A DNA stretch of 64,000 nt from an uncultured delta proteobacterium (GCA_963845195.1 CAWJRH010000001.1:1202212-1266211); one strand, 5' to 3'; numbered from the stretch's first letter, positions 41,730 to 51,519 are shown. Notes: generated from the letters alone by a model not told the origin. Made by a program: numbers and translations.

Positions 41730-42371
41730 ATGCAGTATCGATTTCTTCGAAGCAGTGTGTCGCCGCAGGGTTGGGCCGTGGCTTGGTTTGCGGCGTTCGC
41801 GCTTCTCTTCGTAACAGGTTGCGGCGACGACGCCGACAACGGCACGGGAGGTACGGCAGCCACCGGCGGCGCTGGGGGTAGCGGTGCGACAGGAGGCAGC
41901 GGAGGCACGGGAGGCACCGGAGGCTCAGGCGGAAACGGGTCAGCCACTCTGACGATCGGAGAAGAGACCTGGGACTTCGACGCGTTCGACTGCGCGTTCG
42001 GGACGGACGCCACCGGGAGCCCGCTATTCTCGTTCAGCTCCAACGCGTTCGGTGAAGACGCCGGTGGAGCGCGGATCCAGATGCAGGCCGACATCGAAGA
42101 CGATACCGGCCAGGGCCGGTATGAAGGCGACGGAGTCGTCTACACGGTGTACATCACGGACATCGACGACTTCGCGAGCCCAAGCGTAGACTGGGAGTCT
42201 AGGAGTCGGGGATTCGTCGGGAGGCCGTCTCAGGACACCATGGTGGTCGTTGACGGCGATCGGGTCACCGCCGAAGGGCTGTTCGACGATCTCACGACTC
42301 CTGCCGTAGTAGAAGAGGTGCCGGGCTCGCTTGACGCCCTCTGCGGAAGCCAGAGCATCGGGAACCGCTAG
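41730..42371 (+). CDS. Hypothetical lipoprotein with Gly/Thr linker
   Basis: Lipobox VTGC, TGGxGG repeats, beta-rich domain with two Cys. Confidence 0.7.
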   Translation: MQYRFLRSSVSPQGWAVAWFAAFALLFVTGCGDDADNGTGGTAATGGAGGSGATGGSGGTGGTGGSGGNGSATLTIGEETWDFDAFDCAFGTDATGSPLFSFSSNAFGEDAGGARIQMQADIEDDTGQGRYEGDGVVYTVYITDIDDFASPSVDWESRSRGFVGRPSQDTMVVVDGDRVTAEGLFDDLTTPAVVEEVPGSLDALCGSQSIGNR

Positions 42372-42377
42372 CGCAGT

Positions 42378-43001
42378 TCACGTTTTCTTCTGTCCGAACG
42401 TGGGGCCGCCGTCCGCGAGGTAGGCGGCTTCCTCGTCAGTCGTCGTGCGCGAGAGCGCGTCGTTCCGATGCGGATACCGACCGAAGCGGAGGACGATGTC
42501 TGCGTGCATCTTTGCGTGCGACAGGAAGTCGGGGTGGTCCTCGATGCCGCACGCCTCGATGTCGCGGGCGAGCTCACCAAAGACATCAAGGCACCGTTCC
42601 GCAACCTCCGGGTTTTCCGCGTGGACCATTGGCATGTAGAAGAACGAACGCTCAATCAAACGAAGCGCTCGATCGTGGCCAATCGAGATGCCTTCGAGGC
42701 AGAGCGACAAAGCTCGCTCATCCCCTGCGAATGCCGCCGCGGTTCCCCGGCCCAGGCTTCTCTGAAACTGGTCCAGCAGGATGACGAGGGCGAGCCTTCC
42801 GCGGGGCGATTCGGTCCACTCCGTCAGCCCTCCGGCCAAGGCTTCTTCGACCCACCGGCCGAAGCGCTCTCGGATCTCTCGATCGATCTCCTCGCTGCCG
42901 CTCCACCAGAGCTGCTTTCGGTCTCTTGGGAAGTCGACCTCGCCTTCGAGCTCTCCGAACCAGTACTTCAGCACCGTTTCGGCATCTGTTCGCGGTTCCA
43001 T
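42378..43001 (-). CDS. DUF924 family protein
   Basis: VLKYWFG, ILLDQF.R, FFYMP..HAE, RFGRYPHRN. Confidence 0.9.
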   Translation of the reverse strand: MEPRTDAETVLKYWFGELEGEVDFPRDRKQLWWSGSEEIDREIRERFGRWVEEALAGGLTEWTESPRGRLALVILLDQFQRSLGRGTAAAFAGDERALSLCLEGISIGHDRALRLIERSFFYMPMVHAENPEVAERCLDVFGELARDIEACGIEDHPDFLSHAKMHADIVLRFGRYPHRNDALSRTTTDEEAAYLADGGPTFGQKKT

Positions 43002-43116
43002 ATTGCGGAGGAGGGTACCACGATCTTTCGTTCTCGATTTCACTGGACAGATATGTCGTGACTGCGAAAACCATCCTTGATCAAGAGGGGGAACTTCTAG
43101 TACCAGTGGCGTTCTC

Positions 43117-44460
43117 ATGAGAGCGCTCGGCACCGTCGATATGAGTTTTCTTCTCGCGGAGAGCCGCAAGATGCCCATGCACACGGGCGGGCTGCTGTTG
43201 TTCAGCTACCCAGAGGGCGCGCATGAGCACTGGCTACACGAGACTCTCTCCGGCATTCACGACCCTGACGCGGTGCAGTCCCCCTTCAATCAGAAACTCC
43301 GGTGGCCCATGTCGCGGGGCGGGCTGCCCCACTGGGTGACCGATCACGAGCTCGACGTCGACTACCACGTTCGCCATTCTGCCGTCGCGAAGCCGGGACG
43401 ATACCGCGAGATGTTCTCCTTGGTGTCCCGTCTTCACAGCACGCGACTCCATCGAGACCGCCCTCTTTGGGAGGCACACATCATCGAAGGGGTCGAAGAC
43501 AATCGCTTCGCGATCTACGTCAAGACACATCACGCCATGGTCGACGGAGTCGGCGCCATGCGGATGCTTCGCTCCTTCATGTCGAGCGATCCGAACAAGC
43601 GAGACATGCCCGCTCCATGGAACACACCGCGACCAAAGCGCGCGCCCCGCGCCAACGACGGCGAAACACAGAGTCTTCTCGCTGCGACGACCGGCGCCAT
43701 TGCGGGCGTCGCGCGCTACGCACGCGGGCTGATGCGAGACAAAGGCATGGTCGGTCCGTTCCAGACCCCTCACACCATGCTCAACGGACGCGTGAGTGGT
43801 TCCCGCCGTTTCGTGGCGCAGTCGTGGAGCCTCGCCCGCATCAAAAAGGTAGCCAAGGCTCTCGACGCCACGGTCAACGACATCGTGCTCGCCATGTCGG
43901 GTGGCGCACTTCGGCGATATCTGATCGACAACGATCGTCTGCCCGACCAAGCGCTCACCGCCATGACGCCAGTCTCGTTCAGGCCGGCCGACGCCGAAGC
44001 AGAGGGCAATTCTTTTTCGGTGGTCTTCGCCTCGCTTGCCACCGACGTCGGCGACCCACTCTCACGCCTCCGAGCGATTCAGCGGTCGATGGGTGAAGCG
44101 AAGGGGCTTCTGCGGAGCATGAACTCCTCGGAGATTCCGATTTTCACCACGGTCGTCGCCTTGCCCGTGCTCGTCCCCTATCTCGTCAAGACCGCCGGAC
44201 GCAGCCGACCGACATTCAACGTCACCGTGTCGAACGTCCCTGGACCTCGTGAGCGACTCTATTGGAACGGAGCGCCCCTCGAAGGCATGTATCCGCTCTC
44301 CATCGTCACCCACGGTCAGGCGCTCAACATCACGGTGACGAGCGTCGCAGACAGCATGGACTTTGGAATCATCGCCTGCCGCCGAAGCGTGCCGAGCGCC
44401 CAGCGTCTCATCGACCATCTCGAGTCCGCGCTGGCCGACCTCGAAGATTGCGCACGCTGA
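43117..44460 (+). CDS. Wax ester synthase/diacylglycerol acyltransferase
   Basis: PMHTG, RPLWE, HHAMVDG active site, TVND, SNVPGP, ALNIT. Confidence 0.94.
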   Translation: MRALGTVDMSFLLAESRKMPMHTGGLLLFSYPEGAHEHWLHETLSGIHDPDAVQSPFNQKLRWPMSRGGLPHWVTDHELDVDYHVRHSAVAKPGRYREMFSLVSRLHSTRLHRDRPLWEAHIIEGVEDNRFAIYVKTHHAMVDGVGAMRMLRSFMSSDPNKRDMPAPWNTPRPKRAPRANDGETQSLLAATTGAIAGVARYARGLMRDKGMVGPFQTPHTMLNGRVSGSRRFVAQSWSLARIKKVAKALDATVNDIVLAMSGGALRRYLIDNDRLPDQALTAMTPVSFRPADAEAEGNSFSVVFASLATDVGDPLSRLRAIQRSMGEAKGLLRSMNSSEIPIFTTVVALPVLVPYLVKTAGRSRPTFNVTVSNVPGPRERLYWNGAPLEGMYPLSIVTHGQALNITVTSVADSMDFGIIACRRSVPSAQRLIDHLESALADLEDCAR

Positions 44461-44514
44461 ATCCCGGCCTTTCGCAGTGCGCACCCCCACATTCGTGTCC
44501 TATGATCCCCATTG

Positions 44515-45360
44515 ATGAAAGCTGGGACACCACAGACCCGAGAGTTCTACGACGAGCACGGCTGGCGTGAGAAGGACGGCGTCTCGCTCGACGCAGACTT
44601 GTTCGGGGTCAAGGAGGACGGGCCGATTCGGATCGAGTTGCATCGGGCTCGAACCGACCGCGTTCGCGCGAGCCTTCGCCGTGCTGGGGAGGGCCTCGAG
44701 CTACTCGAGTGCGGCTGCGGCGGAAATCCGGCGCGGGAGCTGATGGATCTCTGCGCGCACTACACCGGAGTGGACTTTTCGGAGACCGGCATCGAGCGGG
44801 CGCGCGCCGCGTACGAGGACTCGCCGATTCCGACTGAGTTCCACGTGGCCGACGTCTGCGCGCTTCCATTCGAGGACGAATCGTTCGACGCCGTCTACTC
44901 GGCGCACATGATCTACCACATCGACGACCGCGCAGCGCAGAGGGCCGCACTCGACGAGATGATTCGGCTTCTCCGACCCGGGGGCGTCGCCGTGATCGTG
45001 ACCGCCAACCCGCGCCCGCTGCTCTCTCCCGGTCGACTGGCAAGGCGCCTAATTGCAGATACTCCGGTGGTGGGAGAGTTGGTCGATGGCATGCGTGCAC
45101 GACCCCCGCTGCCCTACAGTCCACGCACGATTCGCTGGATGAAGCGGCACTTTGAAGACCACGGCACGGTCGAAGTCTCTGGCTACAGCATCCCGACCAC
45201 TGCGTTCTACCAAGGCGTCACCGAACACGAGAACCCGGGCAAGCTCGCATGGCAACTCGTCCGAAGCCTCGAACTCAGGGCTCCGCACTTGAGCGCATAC
45301 CTCGGCAACTACGTGACCGTCGCGTACGAGAAGGCGAACCCAGGCCACGCGGCCCGCTGA
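44515..45360 (+). CDS. Class I SAM-dependent methyltransferase
   Basis: LLECGCGG, GVDFS, ADVCALPFEDESFD, RLLRPGG. Confidence 0.88.
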   Translation: MKAGTPQTREFYDEHGWREKDGVSLDADLFGVKEDGPIRIELHRARTDRVRASLRRAGEGLELLECGCGGNPARELMDLCAHYTGVDFSETGIERARAAYEDSPIPTEFHVADVCALPFEDESFDAVYSAHMIYHIDDRAAQRAALDEMIRLLRPGGVAVIVTANPRPLLSPGRLARRLIADTPVVGELVDGMRARPPLPYSPRTIRWMKRHFEDHGTVEVSGYSIPTTAFYQGVTEHENPGKLAWQLVRSLELRAPHLSAYLGNYVTVAYEKANPGHAAR

Positions 45361-45460
45361 AGACGCGCCTCCCTGCATCCCGGCCGTCGCACCATTCTAG
45401 CTGGCCCAGTACCTGGTTCGAGAAATTCGCGTCGCTTCCGTACCTCTCCTACGTTGCGGC

Positions 45461-46384
45461 ATGGCCGGGTCTCGTCTTCGATCTCGACAAACCCGGGTGG
45501 TGATGGCGGTGCTGCTGTTGACCTTCGGGCACCGCCCTGCTTCGGCACAGCCGCCGACCGCAACCGAAACCGTAAAGGGGACACAGCCCACGGGGGAGGC
45601 CGCTCTTCCCAACCCGAGAGAGGTTCGCGTGTTTCCGCGCATCTCGCTCTTCGCTCCCCTCGCCGCGGACCCGCGTTGGCCGAAGATGTCCGTGGGATAC
45701 GCCTACTACTTCGGCGACTCCCAGTTCACGCACGTGGGGTCGGCGGAGGCCGGCGCCTCGATAGCGATCGTGCAGAGGCGCGCACGGCGCCGCGGCAGTT
45801 GGGAGATCGGAGTGCAAGGCGCCATTTTCTCGATCTTCGACCTCGGGGCCGAGTCTAGCGACCTCCTCAACGCGGACTATCTCGGAGGCCTCACGTTCTC
45901 CTACGTACTCGACTCTCTGACGTTCATGGCCCGGTTCTTCCATCAGAGCTCTCATCTCGGCGATGAGTTTCTGCTGAACAACGACGTCGATCGGATCAAC
46001 CTGTCGTTCGAGGAACTGGACGTATTGGTTTCCTACGTTCCGCGGGACTGGGCTCGGGTCTACGGGGGTGCCGGGGCGATCGTCCGCGTGCAGCCATCGA
46101 ACCTCGACCGCTGGTCCTTTCAGGCCGGCGCAGAGTTTCGACCCGTCACGTCACAGACCAAGCATCGCGTGCAGCTCTTAGTCGCCGTGGACCTGCAGTC
46201 GTGGCAGCAAAACGACTGGGTTCCGGACGCATCGATCGTCGCGGGCGCGACGCTCGACCCTATCGGCGAATCCAGCTACCGGGTCGATCTTCTCATTCGG
46301 TACTACGTCGGTCGCTCACCCAATGGGCAGTTCTTCACCGACCGGATCCAAACGCTCGGGCCCGCAATTCAGCTCTACTTTTAG
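45461..46384 (+). CDS. DUF1207-like outer membrane protein
   Basis: Signal peptide, FAPLAADPR, LLNADY, HQSSHLGDEFLL, GRSPNGQF, C-terminal aromatic YF; start may be 45503. Confidence 0.78.
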   Translation: MAGSRLRSRQTRVVMAVLLLTFGHRPASAQPPTATETVKGTQPTGEAALPNPREVRVFPRISLFAPLAADPRWPKMSVGYAYYFGDSQFTHVGSAEAGASIAIVQRRARRRGSWEIGVQGAIFSIFDLGAESSDLLNADYLGGLTFSYVLDSLTFMARFFHQSSHLGDEFLLNNDVDRINLSFEELDVLVSYVPRDWARVYGGAGAIVRVQPSNLDRWSFQAGAEFRPVTSQTKHRVQLLVAVDLQSWQQNDWVPDASIVAGATLDPIGESSYRVDLLIRYYVGRSPNGQFFTDRIQTLGPAIQLYF

Positions 46385-46479
46385 CGAATCGCCGCCCGAC
46401 GGTCGGTGCGCCATCGTGGAACCAGGCGTATTGGATGTCCGGGCACGGCATGCTAGAAAGCTCGCCATCGGAGGGTAGT

Positions 46480-47106
46480 ATGACTTGTCGTTCCTTGATC
46501 CTTTTCTCTTTCGCCGCAGCGCTGCTGGTTGCCGGCTGTTCGGATGACACCACGCAGACGAGCACGGTGTCGGTACGCACCAATCCCGAGGCGGATTTCA
46601 GCCGGTTCGAAACCTTCAGCGTGGTCACCAAGGATCTTGTCGATCCCCCCGATCTCGATCCCGACCAGGAAGCCTTCAACGACTACGTCAACGGTCTGAT
46701 CATCGATGCGATGCAGGCCGAGCCTGTATGTCTCACCTACATCCCTGCGGACAGCGTCACCGACGAAAACGAGCCTGACCTGTGGGCTGCGAACGGGCTC
46801 GCGCGCACCGTCGACGGCGGCTACTACTACGAGTGCTGCGGCGGCTACTACTGGGGCTACTGGGGCTGGTATTGGGACCCGTGTGCCTACTGGTGTCCAG
46901 AGTACGTCGAGTACGAGGTCGGCAACATGCTCATCCCCGTCGGCCGCAGGCCGGCTGCGTCAGGCGCAGACCCGATTGCGGTTTTCGGAGGCCTCGCCCA
47001 GTCGATCACCGGCACCGGACCTGACTCTCGCACCAAAGCGCGCGAAGGGGTCGAAGCGATTTTCCAGCAGTGGCCCGAAAAGCGCACCTGCCCCACTTCG
47101 CCCTGA
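46480..47106 (+). CDS. DUF4136-like lipoprotein
   Basis: Lipobox VAGC, ADFSRFETF, G/Y/W-rich insert, YEVG, IFQQWP. Confidence 0.72.
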   Translation: MTCRSLILFSFAAALLVAGCSDDTTQTSTVSVRTNPEADFSRFETFSVVTKDLVDPPDLDPDQEAFNDYVNGLIIDAMQAEPVCLTYIPADSVTDENEPDLWAANGLARTVDGGYYYECCGGYYWGYWGWYWDPCAYWCPEYVEYEVGNMLIPVGRRPAASGADPIAVFGGLAQSITGTGPDSRTKAREGVEAIFQQWPEKRTCPTSP

Positions 47107-47129
47107 GCGGACCGCCGCACAAGCGCCAG

Positions 47130-49724
47130 TTACTCGACCCAGTAGTTGATCACCTGGAACGGGCGGTCCTGTTCGGTCGTACTCTGCTGGTAGACGAACA
47201 TCCCGTAGCTGTACTCGTTCTCGAGGGTGTTGTTCGGCGGGGGGATCTCGCCGACGGTGCCACCGAAAATCACCTGGGTGCCGACGGTGACCCCGAGTGA
47301 TGCCGTCGTCTCTTGGCCGACGCTGAACCCCCGCATCTGCCTTCCAGCGGTGGCCTTCACGGTCGCTTCGTATGAGACGGTGACCGAAGCAGACACCCCT
47401 GCTGCGATCGACTCGCTGATTTCGACCGAGCTGCTTCCGCTGCTCGTGCCGACATCGACAGGTCCGATCGACGTCGCACCTTGCCGGTTGCGCGCGCTTG
47501 CCGAGGGGTAGCTCCGTGGGTTGCCGATGGTGTGGTCGAGCACCGAGCTATCCACCCTTACCCCTTCGCCGATGACCGACTCGTTGTAGAACTGCCGCTC
47601 GATCTGAATGGTGCGAGGCCGGCGCGGCAGGGAGATCACCATGAACTCGCCCACGAGCTCGGGATACACGGGGTGCGATAGAATCTCGTACGTGTACTGG
47701 TCGTAGGGCATCACCGTGGCGACCACGGTGTCTTCCATCGGGCCTGTGGTGTAGGTGATGGTTCGTGTCGTCTCGTAGCCGAGGCTTGCCTCTGCCGACA
47801 GGCTCAGCCCTCGGGTTTCCTCGACCTCGACACCCACATCACCAACGATGGGGATCGCGACCTCGCCGTCGACGCCCGTGTGATAGCGACCGGTGACCGT
47901 GTGCGACAGCGAAGCCGTAGCGCCCGCGCTCGTCCCGCGGCCCCAAGAGGTGCGACACTCGTCCGTAATCTGGATGCCCGTGTCCCAACACGGCGGCGCG
48001 GCAAGCGCGGCATGGACGATCGGCTCGCTGTACACGAGACGATGCGAACCGACCCCGTACTTCAACAGCGTCGTATCGCCATCGACGTTGACCGGAACGA
48101 CTGCAGGAGGTCCTCCAGTTGGGGTGTTCGTGTGGAGCTCCTCGAGGATGACCGCGTACTTGAGTCCAAACTCACGCGTGAGAGGGTCGACGCCCCAGAT
48201 GGTCACCGCGGGTTCGAAGATGCCCGTAGTGATGTTGCCGTTGGTCTGTTCGCCCACGCGCACACTCTGGGGCATGTAGACGATGATGTCGTCGCGACCG
48301 TCGGCGGTTACGTCTCCTACCGTGATGACGGTGTTGTCCCGGCGGCTGCGCAGTCGCGCGTTGTTGCCCGAGCCTGCAAAGATGAAGCGAGGGCTTATCG
48401 CGCCTTCGGTCGGGTCTTCCGATGACCCGAAGAGCATGGGCTCCCAGTTGTCAGCGCCTGCGTTGACGATGTCGTCGTAGACCACCCCGTTGATCTGCAT
48501 CTCGCCGTATTGGTCCTCATCGATGTCCAAGATGTCCGCCCACACATGCTCGGTGAAGCCGTTGTTGCCGCTGCTCTCACAGCTCGGAATCCGAACTGAA
48601 CTGATGCCTGACGACAGCAACGCCAGGTCGGCGTCGAGGTCATCGAGCACGAACTGAACGGTGGAAATCGCGTCGCACTGGACGGAGAATCGATCGAGCG
48701 CGGCGATGAAGACCTCGTCCACGCTGTCGCCGTCGACGTCACCGAGCGCAACGGTACCCACGACGCCGGTATAGGCCTCGTTGTCGACGACCTGCAGGAT
48801 CAGTTCGCTTTCGAGCTCCGCGAATCCGGCGGTTTCGTCGTCGTAGATATAGTAGACGCTTCTGCCGCTACCGGGAGCGCCATTCTGGCCCGAGCCAAAG
48901 CTCTCGTTCACGACCACGACCAGCTCTTTGCCGGCGTCCCGATCGAGTTGTCCCGCAGCGAGTTCGATTCCCAGTGTGCCGTTCTGCTCGGAGGGCCAGC
49001 TCTTGGTCGCGCTCGTGACGACCGAGTAGCCGTTCTCCTTGCTGCCTTCGAGAAACAGCAGCTCAATCCCATCGGCGGCATCGTCTGCAACGGCCACGGC
49101 AATTTGGTCCGACCCATCGCCGTTGAAGTCGCCCGTCATCAAAGTTACCCACGTCGCTGCCCCCGTGCCGAGCGTGCTCGTCGACGACTCGGCGAAGCCT
49201 TCGCTATCGTCGTCGATCGTGCGGATACGCAGCGCGTCATCGGTCGGGTCGATCCAAAACAAGACGGTTTCGTCGAAACCATCACCGTCGATGTCGCCGC
49301 CCGCGACAGCATTCAAGGCACTTTGCTTCCAGGTGGTGTCGATTGGCGAGGAGGGCAGCTTCTCAGTAGTGTCCTCGGTCGTCGGTTGCCCCGGAACGTT
49401 GCTCACGCCCGGAATGAATTTGACGATGTTGGCCGCGTCATCCGAAGAGTCGAGGCCGACTCCGGCGAGAAAGAGCTCGCTCTTCTTCTGCAGGGCCATC
49501 TTCGAACCCAGCGGGGTGTAGCTCTCGGGCAGCGGATCGCCATTCGCATCGACTCGCGGCTCGTCCGGCGTCGGCACCTCGAGTCGGTCGAGCGTTTCTT
49601 GAACCTCATCGGTGCCAGACCCACCGGACCCCCCAGTGCCTTCACCGCCCTCCGAACTGCTGCAGGCGGCGAGCGCGACAACGCTGAGCGTGAGCAGAGC
49701 CGTTCTCCTCTGAGATGAGATCAT
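47130..49724 (-). CDS. Large lipoprotein: FG-GAP/VCBS beta-propeller plus C-terminal beta-rich domain with two amphipathic hairpins
   Basis: Lipobox LAAC, Gly linker, seven DxDxDG-like loops, Ser/Thr/Val/Gly alternating segments near the C-terminus. Confidence 0.8.
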   Translation of the reverse strand: MISSQRRTALLTLSVVALAACSSSEGGEGTGGSGGSGTDEVQETLDRLEVPTPDEPRVDANGDPLPESYTPLGSKMALQKKSELFLAGVGLDSSDDAANIVKFIPGVSNVPGQPTTEDTTEKLPSSPIDTTWKQSALNAVAGGDIDGDGFDETVLFWIDPTDDALRIRTIDDDSEGFAESSTSTLGTGAATWVTLMTGDFNGDGSDQIAVAVADDAADGIELLFLEGSKENGYSVVTSATKSWPSEQNGTLGIELAAGQLDRDAGKELVVVVNESFGSGQNGAPGSGRSVYYIYDDETAGFAELESELILQVVDNEAYTGVVGTVALGDVDGDSVDEVFIAALDRFSVQCDAISTVQFVLDDLDADLALLSSGISSVRIPSCESSGNNGFTEHVWADILDIDEDQYGEMQINGVVYDDIVNAGADNWEPMLFGSSEDPTEGAISPRFIFAGSGNNARLRSRRDNTVITVGDVTADGRDDIIVYMPQSVRVGEQTNGNITTGIFEPAVTIWGVDPLTREFGLKYAVILEELHTNTPTGGPPAVVPVNVDGDTTLLKYGVGSHRLVYSEPIVHAALAAPPCWDTGIQITDECRTSWGRGTSAGATASLSHTVTGRYHTGVDGEVAIPIVGDVGVEVEETRGLSLSAEASLGYETTRTITYTTGPMEDTVVATVMPYDQYTYEILSHPVYPELVGEFMVISLPRRPRTIQIERQFYNESVIGEGVRVDSSVLDHTIGNPRSYPSASARNRQGATSIGPVDVGTSSGSSSVEISESIAAGVSASVTVSYEATVKATAGRQMRGFSVGQETTASLGVTVGTQVIFGGTVGEIPPPNNTLENEYSYGMFVYQQSTTEQDRPFQVINYWVE

Positions 49725-49875
49725 GTCGATTCCTTTATCGAACTGTTCGTACGGTCGAATTTCGGACCGACGCAGGTGAAGTACCGGGAGTCGAGTATAG
49801 ACGAACACGATCCGGCGAACAATAATGGTTGCGAGCGCTCAACCGGTCGGTGCGTGCGCTGGGCAGCTCGTGCGC

Positions 49876-50607
49876 CTACCGAGTCTCTTCGGTGGGCGCG
49901 TTGCAGGTCGCTCCGCGCTTTCGCTTCCTGCGGCAGAGCGATTCGGTCTTGTCGCCGAACGCGACGCCGATCCCGCCCCTAAGCCACGGATCGATCTCCC
50001 CCTGCGTGGCGATCTCGTCCTGGACGCTCAGGATACCCCGACTCACGATGACGCCTGCTCCGAGGGAAAGCGCAAATCGGCACCAAATTCCCGTCCATCC
50101 CGCCATCGCGGAACCGAGACCGCTCGTGAGCTTCACGTCGCGATTGCCCTTCACGTTCCGGTAGGAGAGTCCTGCGCCAATCGCCAGCCAGAAGCCTTCA
50201 GGAGCTCGCTGTCGCCGAAACGCGTGCTTCCGTTTCGGTTCCTGTTTGCGCGGATAGAAGCGCAACCCCGTCTGGACGCCAAAGCCGACGAGGTTCTGGT
50301 TTCCCACGCTGTCGAACGCGATGACCGAACCCAGCCCGAAGACCGAAAGCCAACTCGGACGTCGTACCGCACGTTCGTACTCGGTCTCGATGCGGCCCGA
50401 CGCCGTGGAGCTGACGTTCAACAGGATGAGGTTGCGATGCGGCGTAGCGACGGCGACCTTCCGACAGGCCGGGCATGCGGACGCGGTGCTGGGTTGTGAG
50501 TTCGTTGGTGGCAGTTCGGCGGCAGCAGGCGCCGCGAGCGCCGCGAGTAGTGCGGCAGCCGCACCCACCATCCATGGCCACAGGCGGCGAGGTGCGGCCG
50601 ACGTCAA
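49876..50607 (-). CDS. Hypothetical exported protein, probable small beta-barrel
   Basis: Ala-rich signal peptide; alternating beta strands (TGLRFYP, GFWLAIG, ALSLGAG, GIGVAF); TTGA overlap with upstream gene. Confidence 0.6.
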   Translation of the reverse strand: MTSAAPRRLWPWMVGAAAALLAALAAPAAAELPPTNSQPSTASACPACRKVAVATPHRNLILLNVSSTASGRIETEYERAVRRPSWLSVFGLGSVIAFDSVGNQNLVGFGVQTGLRFYPRKQEPKRKHAFRRQRAPEGFWLAIGAGLSYRNVKGNRDVKLTSGLGSAMAGWTGIWCRFALSLGAGVIVSRGILSVQDEIATQGEIDPWLRGGIGVAFGDKTESLCRRKRKRGATCNAPTEETR

Positions 50608-51515
50608 CGGTCAGGCCGTCGGTAGTAGTGCTCGACGCGGAACACGCCTTCACAGTTGCGGCAGATCGGAGACGGCAGCCCGGAGTTGCGTCGTGCCCGC
50701 CCCGCCGCCGCCCGAAACACCTCGACGCTGAATACCTCATCGCAGATCAAGCAGTCGTTGATCAGCTCTTCGTCATCCGGCAGAAAATCGCGCTCGCAGT
50801 CGTACGGTCGGTTGTTGAACCCAACACCGTCATCGCCGCCACAGGTCTGGAGACATCTGCTCTGCGTGTTCCGGACGTTGCGATCCCACGCCTGCGCGCA
50901 TTCGAGGTCGAATCCGAAGCTCGCGATGCATGCCAACCGACCGAGCTCTCGGTCGAAGAAATTCACGATTGCGCACTCTCGAATCGGATCGGAGAGATTC
51001 GGATTGGCGATGTAGACAGCTAGATCGCGGAGAGACGAGCAGGCTCCGCACGTCCCGCGATGAGTGACGAGCGCACCGTCAGCTTCGGCGTCTTCGACCG
51101 AGTCGTAGCTGACCAGCCTGTAGGGCATCGGTCCATCCGTGCCGTTCATGCGCTCGGGCAATGGGAATACCCCGCAGACTTTGGTGCGGTCGTGTTTGTC
51201 GACCTTTGGAGGGCTTTCGACCAGCACCCAGTCGTTGAAGAGCGCCTCCATGTCCGCCTTCGTGTACAGGGGGGCGGTCCAGACTCTGAGTTGCCCATCC
51301 TCGACATACGCGCAGCTCGGCGTGCAGCATTCGTCGCTCAGCCCGGTCTCGTTGGTCGGTCGTCCGAAGAGCGTTTTCCTCGTGACCTCGGCATCGCCGA
51401 AACGTCGCGCGTCGGATTCGGGATCCACGTCGGGGAACAGTGGCTCAGCGGAGCACCCACCCCCAAGGGATACCAAAGCGAGCAGCGTGACAGCTCTTCT
51501 ACATCCAGTGTCCAT
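50604..51515 (-). CDS. Cys-rich lipoprotein, unknown function
   Basis: Lipobox GGGC; HRGTCGACSS..DLAVY, CLICDE, AGRARRNSGL..ICR motifs. Confidence 0.78.
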   Translation of the reverse strand: MDTGCRRAVTLLALVSLGGGCSAEPLFPDVDPESDARRFGDAEVTRKTLFGRPTNETGLSDECCTPSCAYVEDGQLRVWTAPLYTKADMEALFNDWVLVESPPKVDKHDRTKVCGVFPLPERMNGTDGPMPYRLVSYDSVEDAEADGALVTHRGTCGACSSLRDLAVYIANPNLSDPIRECAIVNFFDRELGRLACIASFGFDLECAQAWDRNVRNTQSRCLQTCGGDDGVGFNNRPYDCERDFLPDDEELINDCLICDEVFSVEVFRAAAGRARRNSGLPSPICRNCEGVFRVEHYYRRPDR

Positions 51516-51519
51516 CGGT

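Noticed and set aside
49750-49850. Short inverted repeats upstream of the FG-GAP gene as terminator or ncRNA
   Set aside because: Imperfect 5-8 bp stems with no U-tract, expected by chance at this GC content.
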